NCBI RefSeq assembly: GCF_006345805.1
Contig: NC_043004.1
Coordinates: 73,904,001 to 73,968,000 of the forward strand
From: Octopus sinensis
Lineage: Eukaryota
DNA: 64,000 bases
Reading direction: 5' to 3'
Shown here: in pieces, positions 38,949-50,203 of the stretch
How positions within the stretch are numbered: position 1 is the stretch's first letter
Layout: each line of letters starts with the position of its first letter
Translations under genes and position numbers: made by a program
Notes under the pieces: model-generated
What the model saw: only the letters and a program-made list of their open reading frames with translations
Database searches by the model: none
Told to the model about the DNA's origin: nothing

Positions 38949-39211
38949 TGCATAGATACAAATCAAAAGCTGTATATAGATATAAATACATGGTTAGCTA
39001 ACTAGCTAGATAGATAGATAGATTAGCGTCTAAATGTGTATACATTTATACGAAAATGTCCTAATAGTGAGTTACCGTCTAAACGTTGATATACTGTGAA
39101 ATGGTTCCTCATTAATAAAGACGAGCGCTTGATTTATACATACATATACATACGCAAAGAAAAAGCGATTTACATATGTTTATGTATGTAGTTGTGGGCA
39201 CAAATGAAAAA

Positions 39212-39273
<62 letters not shown>

Positions 39274-39607
39274 GAGAGGGACAGACAGACAGAGAAAGTG
39301 ATACGCGAGAAGCATTTCGGAATGATCTGTGACCAGTGAAAGATAAAGTAGTTACACTCGCTCTAAGGTTTTCACTCAAACTTCCATAACGAACACGTCA
39401 GCGATAAGAACAAACAAAAGAGTAGAGGCCTATCACTTCATCCATCTATTATAGTATATCAGATCTATTATTTTATTATAGTTCTGGTTTTGTTGGCAAC
39501 TTTAACCTCTCATCTAATTGTTTCTGCGAAATGAAAGCACGCTGTTCGCGCCGTAACATCTCTTGTAAAAGGAAGAAAAAAAAAAGTGGTTTGTCGACAA
39601 CTCATAC

Positions 39608-39691
39608 CTTTCTGGTTGTCGTGATCGTTATTACTTTTGTCGACGTCGTCGACGGTGTTATTATTGCTGTTTAGGCCCCGATCAGCAGTAA
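39608..39691 (-). CDS. Candidate internal exon (84 nt, phase 1-1), N/D-rich peptide
   Basis: Acceptor TTTGCACAG|, donor AAAG|GTATGAGT; open frame [28 protein letters not shown] with an in-frame stop just upstream in the presumed intron. Confidence 0.4.
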
Positions 39692-39746
39692 CTGTGCAAA
39701 TCTTTACTCAAAGACATTCTTCCCACGACATTTTCGTGTTTTTACA

Positions 39747-39846
<100 letters not shown>

Positions 39847-40368
39847 CATATTTACATTCTTATTTACCTTCGGCATTGCAGTACAAATTTTTGTGACATT
39901 TGGACTCTATTTATTAATGAAAACTAGTAAGCACAAATTTTGTTTGTTATTTGTTGACGAAAAGAAACATGGCTTCCGTGACGTCAACATACAGACACAT
40001 ACAGAGTACACACACATATAATAAATGTCTGGCGTGTCAATCAATACAAACACACGTCTGCTATCTGTGACATATACACGCACATAGTCTTGGCGCTCTC
40101 TAAGAAAAAAGGAAAACGTCGACTTTTGACGTACACAATATTTTAATCATTTAGAAATATTTTTAACTGAATGTGATTTCAAAAATGTAAGTTGTTTGTA
40201 CAGTAAGTATTTATATTTTAGCTTTCTTTAAACAGACAATATTTTAATATTTTTTTTAAATTATTGTCAAGTCGTTAATTTCCGTAAAAAAATTTTATTT
40301 ATTTATTTTTGTTTTAAAGTGAAAGATGTATGTACATACATGGATGTGTGTTTGTGAGAGAAAGCGAA

Positions 40369-40399
<31 letters not shown>

Positions 40400-40492
40400 G
40401 TGAGAGAAAGAGAGTGAGTGAAGAGGTGTTGTCATGTATACGCACATTCATCAATACGTATGCATTTATCTTTCTTGTATTTAAGGTGTGCA

Positions 40493-40529
<37 letters not shown>

Positions 40530-41449
40530 GTGTGTGTGTGTGTGTGAGTGAGTGGGTGAGTGAACGTGTATTTTCATGTAAGTGTAAATGGCACTCTTTC
40601 ACATACACACACACGTCCATTTCATATATAGGTTCATACATCTTTCACTTTCTCCTCTCATTCACTTTAAAACAAAAGTAAATCAAAAAAAAAATTACGG
40701 AAATTAACGAACAAAACAAGCTGATCCGGATGACAGTTTTGAGAGTCAAAGCAAAAAATCACCCCAATTAAATTTTACAATCCAGCCGTTCTTTCCAGAC
40801 GGGATTTCGTTGATTGACCCTGAAGTGACTTATATATAATTGAACTGTAATTATGTATACCAGAAACAATATATATAAGACGGTTTTTATAATTATTTAT
40901 ATAATATTATGTTGTGTTATATATTATATTCATAGTATTTATATAGTATATTCATAGTATTTAATATAATATTGTAATATAAATAAACTATTGAATGTCA
41001 ATAGAATATCTATATTTAATTTATCTTTATATATATATATAAAGCAAATGAGTAACAAGGATGTCCAGGTATCAGTGCATTACAGCCGTTTCAAGCGGCT
41101 TCATTTAATCGATCAATGCAAACATTACATCAATTTGAAATAAAGCGCTTTCCTCGGACGCGAACGACCACATAGATTTCCAACATACAGGATACTCCAT
41201 TATAATTTTTTCGCAAATTTTTCATCAGAACTTGAGACTAAGATGCTATTATTGTAGCATAAAGAATTTAGGGAAAGAATACCTTAAGCCTACAATAATT
41301 TAGAGTGGCAGAAGGAAATAATAGGGGTCAATAAAGAGGAATAGTGATACAGCTGCATTCATTTTTATCCTTGTCACATTCAACAGACCCAATGCAGCAA
41401 CCAGTCTACATCCCCTTAGAATCAAAATTATCGGGAATTAACAGTTAAG

Positions 41450-42370
41450 TTCTTGTTGTTGGCGATTATTTAATTAATGTCAGATACACTTCTCTACCCT
41501 TATTTCACTATGACCATAAAATCAGCCATATCTGCATAAAAGAATATGTCTCAGAAATGCTAGTAAGATAATGATATAAGGCGAGGTGATAACCAGAAAG
41601 AGGAGGGCCAGAGGTAGCTTAACATATGATGATTACCAACTAAAAGGGGTTCAAATGGAAAACAAAGGCGGTCACGTTGAGATCTAAGTGTGGGAATTAG
41701 GAATACGGGGAAAAATTTTGAAAAGGATTTAAGGGCCCAGTAAAAGAAGAAGGAGAAATAAAACAATCTAAGAATGGGGTACTATTATATAAAAAGAAAC
41801 CTCATAATGCTTATTTCTAGCAGAATGTTAAGGTGGTCACGCTAAAACTATTCTACAATGATTCTATAATAAAATTCAGATATCATTCGAGTAGGAGTAT
41901 ACATATTCAATTGAATCAAAACCAAAGATTAGGGGCTAAAAAATAAGATATTTCTATGACAGGTACAGTTATTTAAAAACTTTGGAAAAATATTTATATA
42001 TAAAATCCTTGGGAAAATATATATATATAATAAAATTACCAACATTTTGAAAAAATCTTTTAGATTTTTTCGAAATGTTGATAATTGTTCCTTATTGTTC
42101 TGTTTTCGCAACGATTCATACAAGGCGGGAAATATGCCGTGGATTATCTTAGATAGTTAAATCTTTAAAACGAGAGTTTGAACTGCAAGGTTGGGTGATA
42201 TCCATTGCAAAGTCAGCTGTAATTTATTCGATGTGGTTGCGGGGTCTGCATGATTAAGCTTGGCTTATGACCCAGGGGAAGATAATGGTAAGATCAGAAA
42301 TTAATAATCCTTCGAGTTTAGCTTTGAGCTATTCTTCAACTAACCTTTGGCTTAATCATGCTTCAATGAC
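41450..42370 (-). pseudogene. Heavily decayed LINE (CR1-like) remnant
   Basis: Frameshifted GP-LLFLVI and FYAD motifs near 41530-41620 resemble RT QGxxLGPLLF / YADD. Confidence 0.3.
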
Positions 42371-43104
42371 TAAAATGAAGGCTAATTTTTGTCTAAAGTA
42401 TGACGTCATGTAATCACCGCGATTGATAATGACTAAATTTGTCTGGGAAACTATTCTTTTGTAACTGGAAGAACATATTTAACATTTTGTTTCTATATTT
42501 CGGTTGAACTACATGACTTTTTTTTTTCATTTTAATTTCAAAGTAATGAATATTTGTTTGAAATCACTTTGTCATTTTTAAGGTGGTGTTTGAAACAAAC
42601 TAAAATAGCATTTCGTATGTATGTGTGTGTGTAGGTGTGAGTGTGTGTGTATGTGTGTATGCACATTTTTTTTTTTGTATGTAAGCATATAGATATGAAA
42701 ATAAACCGATCAACATGCAGACGGATAGGTAAATAGGTTACAAGAACAGACAAGCACACATACGCAAATGTAGACTGACACACGTGACCATATATACACA
42801 CGCACACTTTACTCCACACAAGGACACATATGGAGACACGGATCCACTCATATAAGGATACACATCCATACATACAAACATGGTACATAACACACACACA
42901 CATACATGCACACAGAAGGAGACAGACGTGCATTCATATACAAACACATGCTCACACACACATGCATAGAAAATACACAAACAGGGACATGCAAGCACAT
43001 AAATATGCAGGATACATACATACAGATGCACACACATACATATATACATATGCATACACACACATATCTACATAAATACATACACATAAATACATAAATA
43101 CATA

Positions 43105-43500
43105 AATTTCATACGATACCGCTATAAAAAAACTTAGCGGTATCGTATGAAATTGTCACCCATAATTATAACCCTAGTATCGATCTATTGCATTTCAATC
43201 TATTTTAGATTTAGGGTTAGAGCTGGGTTAGTTAGGGTTAGTTAGGGTTAGGGGTGGGGGAAGGGTATCTTTTTTCTTCACAAATGTAAACAAACCCAAT
43301 CTGTTTCTTAAACAAGGGACATATTCATTATGCACAGAATGTTGTTTACGTCAATGGCGGTAATTGTTTGGTTAAAATTGCCGAAATGCAAGAAATTTTA
43401 GACGAAATATGTTACAACCTATAGAATTTTCTCAATAAAACCAAGAGAAAATGATGTTTTATAAACACATTCTACCAGTATACGAAGTTTAACATTTATT
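43105..43500. mobile_element. Non-autonomous element with terminal hairpin and TTAGGG-like tract (Helentron-like, uncertain)
   Basis: Perfect 20-bp inverted repeat 43105-43124 / 43135-43154; TTAGGGTTAG repeats at about 43205-43255. Confidence 0.45.
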
Positions 43501-43641
43501 AGTTACCTAGAAATTATGTTACAAACTGCCGTTCAAAAGGAAAAGATCCCGATGCTCCAGCATGGCCGTAGTCAAATGACTGAAACAAGTAAAAGAGTAA
43601 AGAGTAAAGAGTATATATATATATGTGTGTGGGTGGGTGTG

Positions 43642-43685
<44 letters not shown>

Positions 43686-43697
43686 TATAGATATCGA

Positions 43698-43846
43698 TTT
43701 CAAATCTTGGCACAAGGTCAGTAATTTCGGGGGAGAGGGCTAGTGGATTACATCGACCTCAGCATTCAACTGGTACTTATTTTATCAATCCCAAAAGTAT
43801 GAAAGGCAAAGTCGACATCGGTGGTATATGAACTTAGAACGCGAAA
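43698..43846 (-). mobile_element. Deu/Nin-like SINE, 5' truncated
   Basis: Family motifs. Confidence 0.75.
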
Positions 43847-44145
43847 TCACACACACACATACACACACACATGCGCGCGCGCACAGACACACACACACAT
43901 ATATGTATATATCAAATGTATCAGTGGTCCGACCTTTTGAGTCAGAAAAATATAACTCATAAATGTATCATATATATGAAATGAGTATGTACCCCCTTGC
44001 ATGTGTGTGTGTGTGTGTGTGTGTATACGCAGGTGAATGTTATTTTATATGTGTATGTGTGTGTGTGTACGAGCACACTCATATTCGAGCGTGCGTGTGT
44101 GTGCATATATATGTGTGTGTATATTTATGAGAGAGATAGAGAGAG

Positions 44146-44256
<111 letters not shown>

Positions 44257-44340
44257 ATCCGCCATTCAATTCAATTCGATGAGTAAGATGACTGAAAGCG
44301 CCAGACACCAACAGACACCACACACACACACACTCACACA

Positions 44341-44399
<59 letters not shown>

Positions 44400-44679
44400 C
44401 TTACGTAGACCAGCCAATGTCCCTTCATTTTATTCAGTTCCTTTCAGGGCTATAAAATTCCTTTGAAATGGGGAGAACAAACAACAAACAAACAAAAAAA
44501 AAAAGAAAAAAGTAAAAAAAAAGAACAAAATCTGCAGAAATCTCTCAAAGCGACGGGGCAGCAGGAATAGGGAGCAGAGTGCAGAGATGAATGGGAGATG
44601 AGGGTAGGAATGGCGCTGAGGATAGAGCAGCGTTGGTGCCGCCGAGGTAGAGGTCGTGCTGATGTAATGAGCATGGTTG

Positions 44680-44711
44680 TAATAGTAGTAGTAGTAGTAG
44701 TAGTAGTAGTA

Positions 44712-44749
<38 letters not shown>

Positions 44750-44753
44750 ATAA

Positions 44754-44803
<50 letters not shown>

Positions 44804-44943
44804 TGGTGGTGGTGGTGGTGGTAGTAGTAGTAATAGTAGTAGTAGTTGTTGTTGTCGTAATGGTAGTAGTAGTTGTAGTAGTAGTTGTAATAGTAGTAGT
44901 AGTAGTAGTTGTAGTAGTAGTAATAGTAGTAGTTGTATTAGTG

Positions 44944-44974
<31 letters not shown>

Positions 44975-44979
44975 TAATT

Positions 44980-45010
<31 letters not shown>

Positions 45011-45150
45011 TAATAGTAGTTGTTGTAGTAGTAGTAGTAGTAGTTGTTGTAGTAGTAGTAGTAGTAGTGGTATTCGGTGGTAGTATTGTAGTAGTAGTAG
45101 TAGTAGGTGCAGTAGTTGTAATAGTAGTAGTAGTAGTAGCAGCAGCAGCA
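44680..45150. repeat. (GTA)n/(GTG)n/(GTT)n compound trinucleotide tract
   Basis: Direct reading. Confidence 0.95.
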
Positions 45151-45199
45151 ACAGTGGTAGGGGTGGAAGTGGTGGGCGTGATGATCTTTTATCTTTTTT

Positions 45200-45677
45200 C
45201 GCATTTTTTCAGTCATTAGAATACGGCCATGCTTGAGCAACGAAGAATTTTAATCGGACGAAACCGATTCGGTGCTTAATTTTTCTTTACTTTTTTTTTT
45301 TGTTTGTTTCTAAGGCTGCTACTCATTTCATCGGTTTTCTTTTGCCGAACCGCTAATTTACGGGAACATAAACATGCGAACACCGATTGTCAAGCCGTGG
45401 TAGGGGACGAACACAAACATAAAGTTATAGGCACACACACACACACGTGCTCACACGCACATACACACACGAACGCCCGTCCGCACGCGCACACACACAT
45501 ACACACATACATATATGTATAGATATACATATAACGAAAGGCTTCTTTTAGTTTCCGTCTACCAAATCCGCTCACAAGGCTTTGACTGGCCCGGTTATAG
45601 TAGAAGATACTTGCCCAATGTGCCACGCAGTGTGACTGAACCCGCAAGCTACTTACCACACAGCTCGTCTGCGCCTA
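45200..45677 (-). mobile_element. CORE-like SINE with internal microsatellite
   Basis: Family motifs. Confidence 0.8.
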
Positions 45678-46004
45678 TGATGTCATTGTCTTCTTCTTCT
45701 TCTTCTTCTTCTTATCAGGACTCATGCCATTAGCCATGAAGAATAATCTCTAATTTGATCCTACTCTAAGCTACTAAGAATGCGTGTGGCAACTTGAAGA
45801 TCCACCCACCACACGCGATAGACTGGCGGTTGCACGGGCGCGAAAGCTACGTTGTTATCCTCATTCTGTAAACGGTGGCTTTAAACAGGTGGAGAGCTGA
45901 ACCATCCTGGGGTACAGAGGATTCGCAATCTAGACTAGGGTCTGAAAGTTTTACCACACCATAGTTGGTTACACCATGGTTCCTCTGCTTTGTGGCAGAA
46001 GTAG

Positions 46005-46185
46005 GAAGAAAGAGTGAGAAAAAGTTGTAGTGAAAGACTACAGCGGTGTTCACCCCACCCTCGCCGGAGCCTCGTGGAGCTTAGATGTTTTGCTCAATAA
46101 ACACTCACAATGCCCGGTCTGGAAATCGAAACCGCGCTCTTACGACCACGAGTCCGCTGACCTAACCACTGGGCCATTGCACCTC
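46005..46185 (-). mobile_element. tRNA-Arg-derived SINE, 5' half
   Basis: Reverse complement of 3381-3560. Confidence 0.75.
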
Positions 46186-46665
46186 CATTATGAAGTTGTT
46201 TGTGGTGGTGGTGGTGGTGGTGGTGGTGGTGGTGGTGGTACTGAGAATGCAGTACTGAAGGTCAGTTTGATAATGCTTCAGTGGTGCAGTGATATAATGA
46301 AGGATGGGACGACGCTGGGTAAAAGTAGTAGTGGCAGTGATGTGAGTAGTGGTGGATGCAGCAGGTGTGGAAAACGTGGCACTTGTATTGTTAGTGATGA
46401 ATTCATTTATTGAAATGCGGTCTTAAATCTGGCTCAAACATATAAGGCACATGAGACCAGGAGCTGATCAAGAATTTCAAGATAGGATGAGGGTAGAACA
46501 CAATTAACTAAGCTAGATGCTTGTCCGTTGAAGGGTTAGTTAACCCGCCAATTGCCTCTGATACGTTTTTTCAGTTGAGGATCCCGTGCAACACTGAGTA
46601 TCGAACCCACGACTTAACAGTAGTGAGCTCAGTAACCTAACCACTGGGTTAGATCTAAAGAACTA

Positions 46666-46966
46666 CAGTAATCCTTCGACTATCGCGTGTGTTACCGTTC
46701 CCAAACATCCCGTGATAGGTGAAAATCCGCGACGTAGAAACAGTACTGTATATTTTTTTATTATCTTTATGATTTGTATATAGTTATTTTATTATATATG
46801 CAAAACAACACCAAGGAGGAATCGACGTAAGCTTAAATAATAAACCGCGATAGGTGAACCGCGATAGGTAAACCGCGATAGGTAAACCGCGATAGATGAA
46901 CCGCGATAGATGAACCGCGGTAGGTAAACTGCGATTGGTGAACCACGATATGACGAGGAATTACTG
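46666..46966. mobile_element. Tigger/pogo-like MITE
   Basis: TA|CAGTAATCCTTCG...CGAGGAATTACTG|TA; about 7.7 copies of a 14-bp repeat AACCGCGATAGGT(G/A) at 46843-46950. Confidence 0.8.
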
Positions 46967-47194
46967 TATTTATCCTCATATTTTGCATTTTCCAGGTATC
47001 TTCCTTGTTATCTTTTATCTGTTATCTTGTCAGGTATCTTTCATGCTAGGGTCACCTCGATTTCAGCACTAATTCTATCGAGATGTAAACAAAGGAACAC
47101 CGGTTGTCAAGAGGTGGTGTGGAAAGAAACACAGATACAAAAACACACACACACCACACAGACAGTACTCACACACGCGCGCGCACATATTTTT

Positions 47195-47405
47195 GAAGGC
47201 ACATGACCTAGTGGTTAGGGTGTTTCACTGATGATCGTTAGATCGTGCGATCGACTCCTAGACCGAGCACTGCGGTGTGTTCTTGAGCAAAACACTTCAT
47301 TTCACGTTTCGACGAACTAGCCTTCCGATCAAGGAGAATGTTGTCTTGCAAAGCGCATTGTGACTAGCAAGGCATAATAACATCCAATAGTCTGATCGAT
47401 CAGTT
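47195..47405 (+). mobile_element. CORE-like SINE head joined to the tail seen at 59234
   Basis: TTCTTGAGCAAAACACTTCATTTCACG, then AAGCGCATTGTGACTAGC. Confidence 0.55.
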
Positions 47406-48849
47406 GATATATATACATATGTGTATGTGTGCGTGCGCCTGTGTACACGCCTGGCTTCAATACAGTTTTCGGTACTTGGTTATCTCACCACCATTAAAAA
47501 GTTGCCATTAAATATTGCCATTAAAAAATTAGCTTATCTCCCCAACTAAAAATTATGTGGCGACAAGACATTGGATTAAAAGAGTTAGATCCTTTTGATT
47601 CAATACTCCAACACGTTGTTGACTTTTGGCCTCCCCAGCATCCATTTGTTATAAAAATATTTTTAGATTCAATAAGATGTTTAATCTTTTCTGTTTTCCT
47701 AATTATTAATTTTTTTCAGTTTTGTAAGATTTTGTTATAAAAATATTATCACATTCAATAAGATGTTTAATCTTTTCACTTTTCATGTTTATTAATTTTT
47801 CATTTTTGTTTTTGCTTTGCTTTATTGAGGATTAAATAATTTTTTTAGTTAGAGGAGATAACCTAATTTTTTAATGGGGGTGAGATAACCAAAAAGTACC
47901 CAGTTTTCATCCACCAAATTCGTTCACAAGGCATTTGTTAGCCGTGCAGTGGAACTGAACCCAAAACTGCATGTTCGCAAAGTGAACTTCTTAACCACAT
48001 ATCCGCATCTGCGCCTAAACTTCTGTTATTAAATTACTGTTTTATTTGTTATCCTCCCCCATTCAATTGTGTACTCTACAGGCAGTCTGATCGGAACTAA
48101 TCCGAATAATCACAAACTATAAAACCATTATTCTTATTTCCTCATCTTTTATCCCGCTTTCAGCTTATTATTTGGCAAAAGCATCTTTCTTCTACCAAAT
48201 ATAGCACGTTTTTACCTTTTTTCTCTCAACAAAGTGGGAGTAAAAGAGAATTACTTTTGTTAACAATTGAAAACTCTGATACTTTCTCGCTTCGGTCAGC
48301 TAAAGTTCAAGTGTCAGAACATAGTTAATTCACGATTCACTTCCGGTCAATGAAAGTAAAAAAAATTCTTTTCACTTTTAAATGTAAGGGCGGAGTCAAA
48401 TCATATGCAGTTGTAATAAGCCAGGTAGATACTATTTTATATCATGCTTTACAAAAACAAAAAAAAGAAGAGGAAACTTGTTTAAATACGGCTGATATTA
48501 AAAGAGCACAATTGACTGAGCGACCTACATAAATATAGTTAAGTATACGAGGAGGCGAAGAAAGAAAAAGCATTTACTTCTTGGGAATTTTGAAATTTAT
48601 TTCCAGTTTTGAGTCATTTAAAAGGTACACACGCACACACACACACACACATACACACACACATACACTCACACACATATGTATGCATGCACCTGCTCTT
48701 GGCTTTTGATAGTGGCGTGGGACAATTGGCTGGTTTAATCCCCTCGGTCACAGTGTGTAGAGTCCATATTTACTTTCATAGCTTTCAGTAGGCGGGGGTG
48801 TTAACAAATAGGATTTACGGCTTAGACATTCTGCTCCTATTTTTCTACT

Positions 48850-49500
48850 CAATAAACGGGGATTTTGTTATAGGAGTCCCTAGGTGTAAATGTTTCAAAC
48901 TGATTTGTGAGCCCATTTGGTTAACATGAACTTTACGTAGCTTAGAGACTCTTTTCATACAGGTTTAGGGGGTCTTTTTGATACGGTTTCAATGACATAT
49001 TTTCTGGTGTGCTGGACTTTATCATAACATATTGCACACCATAGCATGAGGCTATTGCTGTATATCAATGTCACTGAGAATGCATGCTGATTATCTTGCT
49101 ATTATTATGCTTGATCAAAGCAACCACAAAGAGTTATTTGACAGAAATATCGTTAGATCAGCTGTCTTCAAGCCATGAACATCCTGCCTTCACTGTGGGG
49201 CATGATATGCGAAGATTGAGAACTTGATGTTTCATCTTCATTTTAAAAATAGCAGTGTGTTGTTAAAGGAGAAACAATGCTCAGATGTACTGATTACTTC
49301 GAAGCCTTTCTCCATCTTTAACCAATGGATTCTATCCGTCGCCCAGTTTAGCACCATCGCTTTGTCTTTGTGCGCTTTTCGCAGAATGCACTCTGTTGAT
49401 AATATTCCAGCTAGGTTTCTGATCTGCGGATAACTTCGATCCTTCCGTCCATCAGTTTCGAAAACTGTGAAACATGTCATTGACACTGCCTTCTCTAGAC
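48850..49500 (-). pseudogene. Possible decayed RTE-type AP-endonuclease remnant
   Basis: Weak resemblance (FSFNNTLL...IFAYHAP versus GFAIKNTLL...SAYAPT). Confidence 0.25.
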
Positions 49501-49781
49501 TCTAAGTCAGTAAAATGATCCGTGTATATTGAAGGTCGCTCAAGTCTACTCTTTCTATTCTTTTGTTGTTTAGTTGCAAGATCAGCCTTATTTCAGCTAT
49601 TCAATCGTGACCATCACAAGTGTTCGTACATCTAAGATTACATTACTAAATGCGTACTTTCATTTTTAAGATGGGAAGATGCTCTTTGAGGAATTTTGCT
49701 GATATTTTTGCGGGACCAACGATAGCATAAAGGCTCCTTCGTTGTGTCATGTTGCTGTTATGTATAAAGGTGATAGTTTCT

Positions 49782-50203
49782 TATTTCTTTATTGCCCACA
49801 AGGGGCTAAACATAGAGGGGACAAACAAGGACAGACAAAGGGGTTAAGTCGATTATATCGACCCCAGTGCGTAACTGGTACTTAATTTATCGACTCCGAA
49901 AGGGATGAAAGGCAAAGTCGACTTCGGCGGAATTTGAACTCAGAACGTAACGGCAGACGAAATACCTTTTTTTGTTTTTACTACCCACAAGGGGCTAAAC
50001 ACAGAGAGGACAAACAAGGACAGACAAACGGATTAAGTCGATTAGATCGACCCAGTGCGTAACTGGTACTTATTTAATCGACCCCGAAAGGATGAAAGGC
50101 AAAGTCGACCTCGGCGGAATTTGAACTGAGAACGTTGCAGCAGGCGAAATACCGCTAAGCATTTCGCCCGGCGTGCTAACGATTCTGCCAGCTCGCCGCC
50201 TTC
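49782..50203 (-). mobile_element. Dimeric Deu/Nin-like SINE (tail A) with one 17-bp TSD
   Basis: TAAAGGTGATAGTTTCT at 49765-49781 and 50204-50220. Confidence 0.9.

Noticed and set aside
41075-41115. Possible hammerhead remnant on the minus strand (GAAACGGC)
   Set aside because: No core, no convincing helix II and no NUH triplet.
43205-43255. True telomere or chromosome-fusion scar
   Set aside because: Only a few imperfect units, one orientation, embedded in an apparent dispersed element.
44403-44460. Minus-strand start-exon candidate (MKGHWLVY|GTAAGA)
   Set aside because: Only 8 codons, non-consensus AAG acceptor, and phase not compatible with the other candidates; could be chance.
46843-46950. 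CRISPR-like array
   Set aside because: Head-to-tail repeats with no spacers, inside a eukaryotic MITE.
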